NCBI GenBank assembly: GCA_977017645.1
Contig: OZ360229.1
Coordinates: 37,758,001-37,822,000, forward strand
From: Torpedo marmorata
Taxonomy: Eukaryota
DNA length: 64,000 nucleotides
Reading direction: 5' to 3'
Shown here: positions 52,880 through 64,000 of the stretch, piece after piece
How the letters are laid out: every line of letters starts with the position of its first letter
Position numbering within the stretch: position 1 is the stretch's first letter
Position numbers and translations under genes: made by a program
Notes under the pieces: model-generated
What the model was told of the DNA's origin: nothing
What the model saw: only the letters and a program-made list of their open reading frames with translations
Database searches by the model: none

Positions 52880-53185
52880 AATGGCCCAAAGTAAGAGTGG
52901 GACTGAGACTTTTGCTCGAGAGGCTTCAGCAAGAGGAGGCTTCACAGGGAACCATGTATGACCCTTAATCCTTCCTCTTTAAACTACTCAGACAGACTAA
53001 TTGGTTAGTGAGTTTGTAGTTGAGACTTAAATGAGACAACAGAAATAAAACAAAAATACACCATGTTACAAGTACCAGTAATTAAATAAAGTAGGGATGT
53101 AGGATCAGATGATGTGCTGTAGCTGCATGATGTGGGAGCTGGTGGACCCCATTGTGGTTCCTGGTGACCACATCTGCGGCAAGTA
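52880..53185 (+). mobile_element. CR1 5' UTR/ORF1 start remnant
   Basis: MCCSCMMWELVDPIVVPGDHICGK resembles the zinc-finger N-terminus of CR1 ORF1. Confidence 0.55.
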
Positions 53186-53350
53186 TTATTTATTTCTAAC
53201 TGAGGGAAGAATTCAGAAATCAGAGGTACATACAAGTTAGACTGCAGAGTTGATTTCCTTCCATTAAGGACAACAGTGAATCAAATGGTCTTTTCTGACT
53301 ATCTGGTTGTTACATGGTCACCAATATTGATACTAGCTTTTTATTACAAA

Positions 53351-53854
53351 CTAGCAGGATATGCGGCGTTGCCCGAGCTTTGCTCCACAATGTTGGCATA
53401 CCTCTGACATGGAGCCAATTACAATTGCATTAATGGAAGAATACTCAATGTCAACTAAGTAATTGAATGCAGCATTTATTAGCAGGTTGGCTGTAGTAAA
53501 TGGTGCTGCCCTTCGGCTGGTGGCTTTTGTTCGCATTGCTCGGAGTCTTGCTTGTTCTTCCTCAGCAGACTCTTGTTGTCTGCTCATGGAATGCCTGGCG
53601 GCATCAGCACTGAGGCGGGCTTGGTGTTGTTCCTCAGTTTCCTGCTGCCTGCTCCTTGTTTGTCTGGAGGTCTGAGCACTGAGGCAGGCCTGGTGTTGCT
53701 GTTCTGTTTCCTGCTGCCTGCTCCTTGCATGTCTGGAAGCATCAACAGTGAGGCGAGACTGATGTTCCTCTGCTATCTCTTGCTTTCTCCTTTGTCTAAC
53801 TCTACGGGCTTGTGAAGAGCTTCTGCCAATGTTGCTTCGCTTTTTTGGGCCCAT
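53351..53854 (-). CDS. Helitron RepHel N-terminal fragment ORF (167 aa): basic leader, 4 x 23-aa STPR repeats, AAFxY...IGxM..C..C motif
   Basis: MGPKKRSNIGR; repeats EIAEEHQSRL.../ETEQQHQACL.../ETEEQHQARL.../ESAEEEQARL... at exact 23-aa spacing; AAFNYLVDIEY...IVIGSMSEVCQHCGAK. The stop codon is the terminal CTAG. Expression unknown. Confidence 0.75.
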   Translation of the reverse strand: MGPKKRSNIGRSSSQARRVRQRRKQEIAEEHQSRLTVDASRHARSRQQETEQQHQACLSAQTSRQTRSRQQETEEQHQARLSADAARHSMSRQQESAEEEQARLRAMRTKATSRRAAPFTTANLLINAAFNYLVDIEYSSINAIVIGSMSEVCQHCGAKLGQRRISC

Positions 53855-54124
53855 ATTGAACTGGGTTTGGCCACTTGTTTTTATTCTGAATGTACATTGA
53901 TGCACAGCACTGTAACTAATTGAGGTGTCCCTGGTGCAAGTTCAAATTTTTTTTTGGAACTTTTGAACTTCATATGACCTTAAAGGTTAAATTCAATGTG
54001 GTCATGACATTCAGCATTAAATGTCACAATAATTATAGTAAACAGTAATGCAAGTCAGTGCATAGTAAATACTTGTATAATAAACAGTAATGCAAGTCAG
54101 TGGAAGCTGGTCAAAAAACACTTT

Positions 54125-55345
54125 CGATTTAAATTTATTCAATTTTTGCGGCGTGATATATAACTGGTTCAAAAAATTATATTGCACCAGTCTGTATCTC
54201 ACATTTATTGTATTTTTCATACTGTCCCGCATAAGTCGAACCAGTTTTGTTCATTAATTATTATATCCAAGTCTGATTCCCATATCTGTCTAGATCTATG
54301 TAGCCCCTGTTTAGGGGTTCCTTTTTGTAGTAAAAGATAGACTGCTGAAATAAACTTCATTGTGATCCCCTTTCGGATCAAAGTCTCCACTTCACTGCAT
54401 TTCGGTAAGGTCATTAATGGGCCCAATTTATCCCTTAAGTAAGATCTCAACTAGAAATAGCAGAAGAGTGTGTTGTTCATAATACCATACTTCTTTTTTA
54501 ATTGTTCAAATGACATAAGTTGTCCCTGCTCATAACAATCCTCGACACATCTGATCCCTTTCTGGGACCAGGTGTCCAGGATCTCATTATTCATTGTAAA
54601 GGGTATAAGCCTATTTTAAATGTTTTAGATGCGGCAAAGAAATAGGAACGTTTTTACATTTAACCTGGTCATGCCCCAAAGTAAAACCTTTCTGGACAGA
54701 CTTAGGGAAATTCTTAGAACAAATTACAGAAATTCAGTTCCCACAACGCCCAGAATTATTTTTATTGGGCAATATCTCCGGCGTAAGACCTAAGATGAGG
54801 CGTCAAAATTTCAAATAAAATTTGTAGAGATCGCATTGGCGGTGGCCAGGAAATGTATAGCGGTCACATGGAAGTCTGATTCCCATCTAGGTATGACAAG
54901 ATGGAATGAGGAAATGTACAGTTGTGTTCCCCTTGAGAAGATTACCTATAATCTTAGAAATAGATATGATATATTTTTAAATATTTGGACTCCATATTTA
55001 CAATATATGGCTGTAAATCTATAGCTAGGCCCCTCCTCGCCTCCAGGACCTATGTTTATCTCCTCTTTAAAAATCCGAGTAAGCCAAGTAATTTAAGCCT
55101 GCGGGGTGGACGACGAACCTCCAACGTCTTCTTTCCTTTTCTACTTCAACCTCTTCTTATTCCATTCTTCTCCTTTCTTTCTTTTAAGAGGGAACTGGGT
55201 GGGTGGGTTTTCTTTGTTTGTACTCTTGTTGTTTTTTTAGTATAATAGTCAGCATACGTATATTATATTCGATGATGTATTATTTTTGTTATTGATAATA
55301 TGTTTGGCTTTAAAAAAAATACAAATAAAATATTTAAAAAAAAAC
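54125..55345 (+). mobile_element. L1-clade insertion with 5' inversion (inverted 54125-~54617, forward ~54618-55345)
   Basis: Minus segment encodes ...FEQLKKKYGI...WESDL...LVQYNFLNQLYITPQKLNKFKS. Plus segment continues KCFRCGKEIGTFLHLTWSCPKVKPFW...LEKITY...IWTPYL, then AATAAA and polyA. TSD aaaaaacacttt at 54113-54124 and 55339-55350. Confidence 0.9.
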
Positions 55346-55392
55346 ACTTTTGAACTTCATATGACCTTAAAGGTTAAATTCAATGTGGTCAT

Positions 55393-56202
55393 CAAGATCA
55401 AGATTCAATTTATTGTCATAGTAATAAGACAGTGTCATATTCCATGAAATTTCTTTTTGCCTGCTGCAAGGCAGACAGATTCGCCACCGGCAGAAATTGC
55501 CTAAGTGCCTCTAAACATTCCTTACAGTCAGAGAAAGAGAAGCAAAAGAGAGTCCCCCCAGAGTCACCGAGTGTCCATAGATTCGCCTCCAGCGCTTCCG
55601 CAGCCACACAGAGTCCAGTCCAAACGATCGGCAACCCGAGCTCCAGATCCGAACCTCCGACACAGTCAGGTCGCCCTTGGCACCCCCTCTCATCCCGGTT
55701 CCGATACCTGGTACTCCTCCAGCCAGTTCGAGCCAGCCTCCAGCAGTCCGCAGCCCGGCGTGAGTCCCCTGATAGCAGTCTCCAGCAGCCCACAGCCTCC
55801 GCGGGTTCCTCGCCTCGAGTCGCCAGCAGCCCGCCGCATGCACTGGTCCTTCAGCCTCAGAGCCCCTCACCGGTCCGCCGCCGTGGTCACCGTCCCGTGG
55901 GTCGTCTCCTCCGCTTCTCCTTCTCAGACGGGGGGTGATCTTCCCATCCTCTGGTGCCCTGCCCCAGTCCTCCGCTTCCCCAGAACCTGCAGCCCCTCGT
56001 GGCTGCTGCCAGTTAAAAGGCGCTGCCATCTTGGGCGCAGACCCCGTGGTCGCGGGATCTTAAATAAAACCACCGTCGGCTCCCGTGCGGAACCGATGGC
56101 AGTCGACTGGGCGGCTGGACCCCGCGGGAGCGCTGTATCTCCGCTCCCATGCTCCCCGCGGGACTGCACCAGCGGCCGCTACAGCGGCAGTGCCTCCATT
56201 AC
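55393..56202 (-). mobile_element. GC-rich non-autonomous retroposon, copy 2
   Basis: Reverse complement of 21840-22674 with moderate divergence; tail gacaataaattgaatcttgatcttg. Confidence 0.85.
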
Positions 56203-56584
56203 CTTATCCAGCATCAAATTTTACCCCTACTGAACCTCCTTGGACATTTCTAGAGTGCTCCATATTGATTTGCATGGAGAACAGACAAACAGACATTCAT
56301 GCACAAATATATATTAGAAGATAGATTTGTTTAACAAACTGAATTAAACGTTGAATTCTTATCTCTGGATTATATCCTTCAGATCATACATTCTAAGAAT
56401 GCAGGTTTTGTACCTCAACTGACTAGAATACTTAGGAAACAATATTTATCATTTTTCTAAAAAACATAGAACCGTAGTAAAACAACACCTGGTATACTGC
56501 CCACAGATCTGCTCTCCCTACCCAAGGGAAGATGTGTTTGTGATCAAGCAAATGTAACAAAGGTTCTGTTTCTTGATTTCAGTG

Positions 56585-57025
56585 ATGAAATGAATCCTTT
56601 GAGGAGAGATTAAGCAGACTAGGCCTGTACTCTAACACTTAGAAGAATGAAAAATGATCTCACTGAAACATATAAAGTTCTTAAAAGTTCTTTTAGGGAT
56701 TTACTAGATAGATGGAGGAATAATGTTTCTCCTGGCTGAATTGTCCAGGTGCAGGATGTGCAGTCTCAAAATAAGAGTTTGGTTATCTGGGCTGAGATGA
56801 AAATAAATTTCTTCAATAAAGTGAATTCTTTACTCAAGAGGGCTATTGGGATAAGTCATTGAGTATGTTTAAGAAAAAGAGTGACAAATTTTTGTACAGA
56901 GAAAATATGAGATTATTACAGGCAAGTGGTGCAAATGTAAAATATCAATCATGATCATAATGAAAAATGGAGCAAGTGTGGAGAACTGAATGGCCCTTTC
57001 CTGCTTCTACTTCTTACATGCTTTT
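56585..57025 (+). mobile_element. Degraded CR1 3' fragment
   Basis: tttgaggagagattaagcagactaggcctgtactct...tagaagaatga...tgatctcactgaaacatataaa...gaatggccctttcctgcttct. Confidence 0.8.
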
Positions 57026-58711
57026 GTACCTATCCCACCACGAAAGCACCAAACACAGCATTATCCATGTCAAGATCATCTAATTAATACAGATTGCACC
57101 CATCTCACTGGATTCTTGTTGAATACCAACAGAGGAAATGAAATGCTGTGCATTAAGTTGCTGACCTAAATTTGAAATATTACATCACAAATGACTACAA
57201 GGAATCCCTTTCAAAAAAACAAAATACCTTCACTGTCACTTGGTTTTACGTGAATATTACGGGGAAAGCTCCTAATCCTATTAATGTCATCATATTTATC
57301 AAAATTAAAGTTCAGAAACATAATTTCCCTGCCCACGTAATGTGAATGTGATAATTAGTTATTGTTTTCAAGGTTACGAAAAATCAATAATACATACTCT
57401 TTTAAGGACTTTACAAAATAAAATAAATTAATATTCAGCCAAAAGTCTCTAACAGAATTTCAACCCTCCAAGAACAACTTTTAGAGAACATGATAAAGAC
57501 TAATATGATTGCAAGTTAAGATTTCCATCGGTATAAATTTGTTGGAGCTAAAGTTCATTCTTCTCAAGATCACAATGTTACCCATTTATGAACACTAGGT
57601 GGCATCTTATATTGCTTTGAAGAAAAATATATTTGGAAATATAATTTTAGAAATATTTGATTCTGTTTTATTAATCATTTTGTGTTCACTTCGCTTGACA
57701 GTGGAAATTACATGAGCACAATACATTCTCTTGCACTTTTCTTGTGAGGTATCAGAAGATTAAATGAAAATGATCTGTCAACCTTCTGAGCCAGAAATGT
57801 TGCAGGCAGTCATAGAAGAAATAAGATGAGACAATGAAATGGTTGGCAGGTCAGGCCCGCAGGGTATGGGTTCTTGGCAGGAGAGTGTAGCTTTAGGGTG
57901 GGGTGTGGGAGCTTTTGTGAAACTAAGGCAGAAATCACATAGGGTGGTGTTTGGTCAAATTTCCAGAATGGTGTAATTTGATCTAAAAATTATAACAAAA
58001 CATGTTCCACTCCAAGATGAGCAATTTTCAGAAACATAGCTACCTCATTCAACTGATAATCAGCCTCAACAACAACAATCTCATCATGTGATCGCAATGT
58101 CTTTCCTCCTCCCCAAAAGCTCACCACCCTGTTACACCTCTTCCTCTCCTTTTTTCCCACAGCTCAGCTTCCCACCTGTGGCTCAACTCCCCAACAAGCA
58201 GCAAGTCAATGAGGTTGGTTTCCTGTCATTCAGATTGACTGTCAGTGGAGACTTTTGAATTTTTTTTTTTAAAAGAGAGTTTTGTGTCTATTTTGACAGA
58301 ATTTCCAGGAAATCCATTACACCTAGTGTTTCCCACCCAGAAATCCTACTTACTTTCTTGTAAATACCATAGGCCTATATTGTTACAAACAGAAAAAGAT
58401 TGTTCAATTCATTAAATCTGGGTTTGTGTCCTTCTCCACTTGAGCAATTTAATCTTATTCCACTTCTACTTTGTTGCCACCATCATTAATATCCATTTGT
58501 TTGAAACAACTACTAGTAGCTATTGTTTTTTAAAAGTCAGATCTAAAAAAAATACATATTATGGGTAATTCCTCATTCATATTGTTCTTAAAGAAATGTT
58601 TGCCACCCACTCCTCATGTGATTAATTTAAATCTGCAATGTTTTTATCACATTCTTGCTGACTAAAAGAAATAATCTTTATTTGTTTAATTTTTAATCTT
58701 TTTCAACCCAG

Positions 58712-60602
58712 AAATGGACACTATGTTAAGAAGAGAACTACAGATGGAGTTAGCAGACTCTATGTTTTGGACTGATAGTACATCAGTACTTAAATACATT
58801 AATAACAAAACCACAAGGTTTCGTACCTTTGTGGCTAACAGAATTAATGAAATTGGAAAGGTTTCTCATGCTAATCAATGGAGATATGTTAAATCAGTGG
58901 ATAATACAGCTGATATGACTTCACGAGGATTAAAAGTTCAATCTTTTCTGAAAGAAGCCAACACTTGGGTGTTCGGTCCTCAATTTCTTTTGCGATCTCA
59001 AGAAGAATGGCCTCTAAATCCGGAAGATTTAAAAGTAATTTCAATGGAGGATCCTGAAATCCAAAGCACTAATGTAAATACTATTCAAATGTCTAATGAA
59101 AATGATCCAATTACTCAATTAATTTGCAGCCACTCTTCATGGTTTCGTTTGAAAAAGGCAGAAGCATGGATTCTTAGATTAAAAACTATGCTTTTAAATC
59201 GTATTAAGAAAAGGAACCAGACTCAAAAGAGCCATTGCCTAACAGTTGATGAATTAGCAAATAATGAATTGGAGATAATTCGTTTTTGTCAGAAAAGGGC
59301 ATTTGATAACGAGATATCAAAAGTGAAGAAGAACCAGAATGTTACAAAAACAAGTCGTATTTACAAGCTAAATCCTATTCTGGCCAATGATGTATTGAGA
59401 GTAGGAGGAAGATTGGAAAAAGCAATAATGCCAAAAGAAGTGAAACATCCAATTATATTAGCTGAAGAATTTCATATTTCTGATTTGATTGTTCCACATA
59501 TACACGAGAAAATAGGTCACGGTGGTTGTAATCACGTGTTATGAGAGCTACGTCAGAAATATTGGATACTTGGTGCTACAACATTAATCAAAAGAATTAT
59601 ATCGAAATGTATTAATTGTCGACATGCAAATGCTAGACCAGGACAACAACAAATGGCAGATTTGCCACAGGACAGAGTTACATCTGATGAACCCCCATTT
59701 ACATACGTGGGAGTTGATTATTTCAGTCCTTTACAAGTAAAGCGAGGAAGAAGTATAGAAAAACGATATGGAGCTATTTTTACTTGTTTGACTACAAGAG
59801 CAATTCATATTGAAGTAGCGTCATCGCTTGATGCAGACTCTTTTATCAATGTTCTTCGACGTTTTATAGCCAGATGTGGTCAAGTAAAGGAATTATGTTC
59901 TGATAATGGATCTAACTTTATAGGAGCTCAATTAGAATTACGAAAAGCAATTCAAAAATGGAATCAACATCAAATTCATGATTCATTACTTCAGAAAGAA
60001 ATTAATTGGATATTTAACCCACCTACAGGATCACATCATGGAGGTGTGTGGGAAAGAATGATTAGATCATTTAGAAAAATTCTTAATTCCATTTTGAATA
60101 GTCAAATACTCAATGATGACAATCTTCAAACAGTTTTGTGTGAAATTGAAGCTATTTTAAATAGTCATCCAATTACAAAAATTTCAGTCGATTCGAATGA
60201 CAGAGGCACTCACACCAAATCATCTCCTGCTTCTTAAATCTAAACTTTCGATGCCTCCAGGTCAATTTCAAAAAGAAGATATTTATGCCAGACGCAGATG
60301 GAAACAAGTGCAATTTATTGCAGATTTGTTTTGGAAAAGATGGATTAAAGAATATCTTTCATTATTACAAGAACGACAAAAATGGTCAAAAAATAAAACG
60401 CAATTTTGTATGTGGAGATATTGTAATTATCATGGACGATTCTTCACCAAGAAATTCTTAGTTGCTGGGGAGAATTGTGGATACAGTTCCAGACAAGAAA
60501 GGATTAATTCGGCAAGTGCGGATTAAAACCAAGACTGGTTACTTAAATAGACCTATTACTAAAATCTGTCTTTTACAAGAAGCAGAAAGTTTTGATTCTT
60601 AA
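58712..60602 (+). mobile_element. BEL/Pao LTR-retrotransposon pol remnant (RNase H end + integrase), pseudogenised
   Basis: FWTDSTSVL...FVANRI...WRYV...NTADMTSRG; LRVGGRL; MADLPQDRV...PFTYVGVDYF...IFTCLTTRAIHIE...SDNGSNF...GGVWERMI; LTPNHLLL...[10 protein letters not shown]. Stop at 59542 and frameshifts near 60200 and 60390; no LTR seen. Confidence 0.93.
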
Positions 60603-60879
60603 CAAAAATGTCCATCTCAAGTTTTTGTTTCTCAATGTAACCTTCATTACCTATATGTTTGATGTTCTATGCTGCATTATTTCATTTGATTTCATATCCT
60701 TATTTTAATGGGTTTGATACATCAAACTAATTACAGGATTGCAAAAGTAACATCTTGAGTTTTTACTCACTGTTTCTTTGTAGATAATCTGAAGAGAACA
60801 AATTAAATTAATTAGAGGGGAGGGGTAGAAGGCCCAGTAGCCATCTTCTGCTTCATCATATTATCACTGTGCATAGAGT

Positions 60880-61160
60880 GATAGAAAGACACAGTATGCA
60901 AATAGGCTCTTCCACCTATTAAATCCACGCTGAACTAATCCTCTGTTAATCTGACTTTTTATTCTCCCATATACTAATCAACCACCCCTAGATTCTATTG
61001 TTTTTCTATGCACTAGGGGCAGTTAACCTACCAACCTAAACATCCTCAGGAAACTGGAGGAAAAGGAGGAAACTGGAGCACCCGAAGGTCATGGGGAGAA
61101 TATGCAAACTACACACAGACAGCAACGAAGATCAGGGTTGATCTCAGGTATCTGGCGCTC
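60880..61160 (-). mobile_element. Old V-SINE
   Basis: ggaggaaactggagcacccg...catggggagaatatgcaaact...cacagacagc is the reverse-complement V-domain. Confidence 0.75.
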
Positions 61161-61535
61161 TTCTATCTGTTCCTGTCTTCCTTCATGCCAAATGACAGAC
61201 ATGAATGACAATGAAATCAGTGTACATTAATAATGAAGATAAAGCTGCCAAACAAATATTATGTTGATGTACACTGGAAGAATATCTTCCCTGGCCAGAG
61301 ACTGATATGTCACAAATAATGCATAGTTCAATGTGAAACAAGTCTTTCAAGATCAACACTGATGTACTCTAAGAACCAAAAAAGCATTTTCATAGGCTAG
61401 CCATTACATTTTCAAACTGCAGCAAAACGAAAGATGCAGGGAGACTCAATTTTTAGCAGGATAGATATATGAGAATAGCCAGATGCAAAGTATGCAAAAT
61501 GAATGAATGAATGAGAGTTTATCATCATATACATA

Positions 61536-61631
61536 CAGTGCCCTCCATAATGTTTGGGACAAAGACACTTTTTTTCCTTTATTTGCCCGTGCTCCATAGT
61601 TTTACATTTATAATCAAACAATTCGCGTGTG
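61536..61631 (+). mobile_element. Tc1-like transposon left end
   Basis: TA|CAGTGCCCTCCATAATGTTTGGGACAAAGAC, a typical Tc1 TIR start, interrupted by the L1. Confidence 0.75.
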
Positions 61632-63555
61632 GGGGACGTGTAGAGTCATGAAGTAGAAATCTGACCCTCCCGGGAATTCGTTTTAAAAGTGCCAAATAAG
61701 TAAAGTACTTTCAACCAAATATAAAAAAAACTGCTCAAAAACTATTCTAGAATGATTTTATAACGTCACCTAAAAAACCAAGAAAGGTCGCTGGCCTGTT
61801 GGGAACGCAAAGTGAACAACAACAGCAACAAGAAAGAAGGCCTACTGTTTCGATGGATCCGGGAGTTGAGGTGAGAGCTCTTTCCCGGCCGAAGCAGGCC
61901 CCTACAGGGGCTGTTAGACGCTCTACAGTGACATCACAGTAGTTTCTGCAAGCAGTAGATGACGAAGACGAAGAAGCGGAACAGCGCATGCGCGAGAAGC
62001 TGCGCATGTGCAGATCACAAGAAATTCAAAATGTTAGCGAACAAGACACCACATCTCAGGCCAACGACGAAGAAGTGGAGGAAGAAGAAGAAGTAATAAC
62101 TCCTAAAGTTTCCAAAGATAAAGGTAGGAAACCCAAGCTGAAAGGAGAAGAAAAATATACATCTGTACAATTAATGAAAGAACTAAGAGAGATGAGAGCA
62201 GAAATGAAAGTAGAAAGGAAGAAATATTTTGATATGGTAATAAAAGTGCAAAATAAATTGGACAAAGTTGATGATAAAGTTAAACATCTGGAGACCGAAA
62301 TGGAAGAAGTACGAGATAGAATGGAACATATGGAAAATAATACAGATGCATGGGTTAATGAAAGAAAACAACTCTAGGAAAAAATAGACTTATTAGAAAA
62401 CTTCAGTAGACGAAATAATATTAAAATTGTTGGCTTCAAAGAAGGTGAAGAAGGTGAAGATCCTATAAAGTTTTTTCAAGATTGGATCCCGCAAGATCTG
62501 GAAATAGAAAATATGGATAAACCTATTGAAATTGAAAGAGTACACAGAGCACTGAGACCACGGCCACCACCAGATCAAAAACCAAGATCAATATTGATAA
62601 AATGTCTTCGTTACCAAGATAGAGAGAAAATATTAGCAGCAGTGGTACAAAGAGCTAAAGCGGGAAAAGACCCACTGGAATCTGGTGGGAAAAAAGATTT
62701 TCTTTTATCCAGACATAAGTTTTAAGTTGTTGAAAAGAAGAAAATAATTTAACAATGTGAAGCACGAGCTGTGGAAAAAAGGTTATAGATTTTATCTATG
62801 ACATCCTGCTACTCTGAATATTTTGTATCACAAGGGGAAAATAAATTTTTAACAAATTATGTAGGTACAGAAGAATATGTGAACACATTACCCGATAACC
62901 GACAGGTGGACGACCAGCAGGCGGAATTGTAAAAGTTCATGATTAATAATGATGTTAAAGATGGATTTATATTTGGTGAACATCCAGGGGGTTGGAGGGG
63001 AAATGGACTGACTACAATGGAATCATGTGTGTATTTGTGGCAGAAGCCACAACCTGTAAAATGGGGGGGGGGGGGGGTGTAGTGTTGCGTATTATTTGTT
63101 CCGCTTCTTCGTCTTCTATTGTTCTATATATAATTTTTTTTCTTTTCTTTTCACCTGGATGGTCGGGGAGGACGCACTGTAACATGGTATATTATAAATA
63201 TAGGATTCTCAGGGAGATGCGAGGAGAGAGGTGAGGGGGAAATATCATAGACATGAATCAAATTTATCAATGAGTAATGCATTACATTTTTAAAGTTTTA
63301 ATGTTAATGGGCTAAATGGACCAGTGAAGAGAAAAATAATATTGACATATATTAAGAAAATGAAAGCAGACATAACTTTTTTGCAAGAGACCCATTTAAC
63401 TGAGACAGAGCATCAGAAATTGGGTAGGATATGTTACAGCTTCTTCATTTAATTCAAAAGCAAGAGGGGTGGCAATCTTGATAAAGTAAACTCTTCCGGT
63501 CAAGATACAGAATATAATAACTGACCCTACAGGGAGATATGTGGTAGTACACTGT
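61632..63555 (+). mobile_element. L1-clade LINE 5' part: degraded ORF1 and start of ORF2 (APE endonuclease)
   Basis: ORF1 coiled coil then LENFSRRNNIKIVG...IEIERVHR...PRSILIKCLRYQDREKIL. ORF2 SFNVNGLNGPVKRK...ADITFLQETHL from ~63270. Several stops and frameshifts. Confidence 0.92.
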
Positions 63556-64000
63556 ATTTTTCTTTTTTAAATCTCTTTATTAATTCCATAAAATCATGGA
63601 TATAACAGTTCATTCACTATATACGTTTACAAAGAAAAGCATTATCACATGTTCCATTACTCCATCCATAACAGAGTATACATTACAGATATATATCAAT
63701 TTTTTTTCTTTACAATTTAGTATTATAATACCAATAGATATAAAAAGAACCAAGCCACAAAAAAAAGATAACATAGTAATGTAATCGTAATACATTTTTT
63801 TATAAAAGCTAAAGCACTCTAAACTAGCCTACCACCAACCCCCACATCAGAATTGCACTGACCTGTAGAGATAATATAACTTCAAAGCATGAGGAATCAT
63901 AAACTCTGATAATAGTCCATAAAGGAACCCCAACTATTAGTAAATTTTAGGTTTAATTTAATATTTGATCATCTAATTTTTTCTAATGTTAAGTAGGATA
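63556..64000 (-). mobile_element. Second L1 3' end inserted antisense into the L1 ORF2 (runs off window)
   Basis: Minus strand SYLTLEKIR...WGSFMDYYQSL*, AATAAA and an A-rich tail at ~63556-63585. Related to 6340-6962. Confidence 0.8.

Larger units (their letters stand above)
53351..56325 (-). mobile_element. Non-autonomous Helitron (internally deleted) with nested insertions
   Basis: 5' TCTATCTTCTAATATATA...ATGAATGTCTGTTTGTCTG; 3' short GC hairpin cgggcaacgccg (53364-53375) then CTAG. Inserted between A and T with no TSD. Carries the RepHel N-terminus. Confidence 0.9.
53240..56375 (-). mobile_element. Deu-domain SINE split by the Helitron (53240-53350 and 56326-56375)
   Basis: Joined flanks read ...catggtcaccaatattgatactagctttttattacaaa|tttgtttaacaaactgaattaaa..., contiguous with the reverse-complement Deu SINE body (compare 23330-23400). 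Confidence 0.7.

Noticed and set aside
55416-56233. Long overlapping ORFs (up to 242 aa), also at 21699-22495
   Set aside because: By-product of a GC-rich repeat. Frames are open on both strands, ORF limits differ between the two copies, and there are no recognisable domains.

Overview
Vertebrate genomic DNA; the repeat content (V-SINE/HE1-like and Deu-domain SINEs, CR1, Penelope) points to a cartilaginous fish, probably a ray (inference). The only host gene I can support is the 5' half of TFAP2B (AP-2 beta) on the minus strand: a short MLVHTY-type first coding exon (39220-39246), exon 2 (38179-38640) and exon 3 (30466-30526). I could not find exons 4-7, so they probably lie left of the window. 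The gene sits in an AT-rich but CpG-retaining, transposon-poor domain (~25-50 kb). The flanks are dense with mobile elements. The most striking structure is a nest at 53.2-56.4 kb. A Deu-SINE is split by a non-autonomous Helitron that keeps an open 4x23-aa STPR-repeat ORF, and the Helitron contains a 5'-inverted (twin-primed) L1 with a 12-bp TSD plus a GC-rich non-autonomous retroposon. Also present are a 5S-headed SINE, a bipartite RTE-type element, Penelope elements with hammerhead-like motifs, a palindromic Penelope derivative with a 14-bp flanking duplication, a BEL/Pao pol remnant and Tc1/Tc2 ends. All family assignments come from recalled motifs, not database searches, and boundaries of old repeats are approximate.
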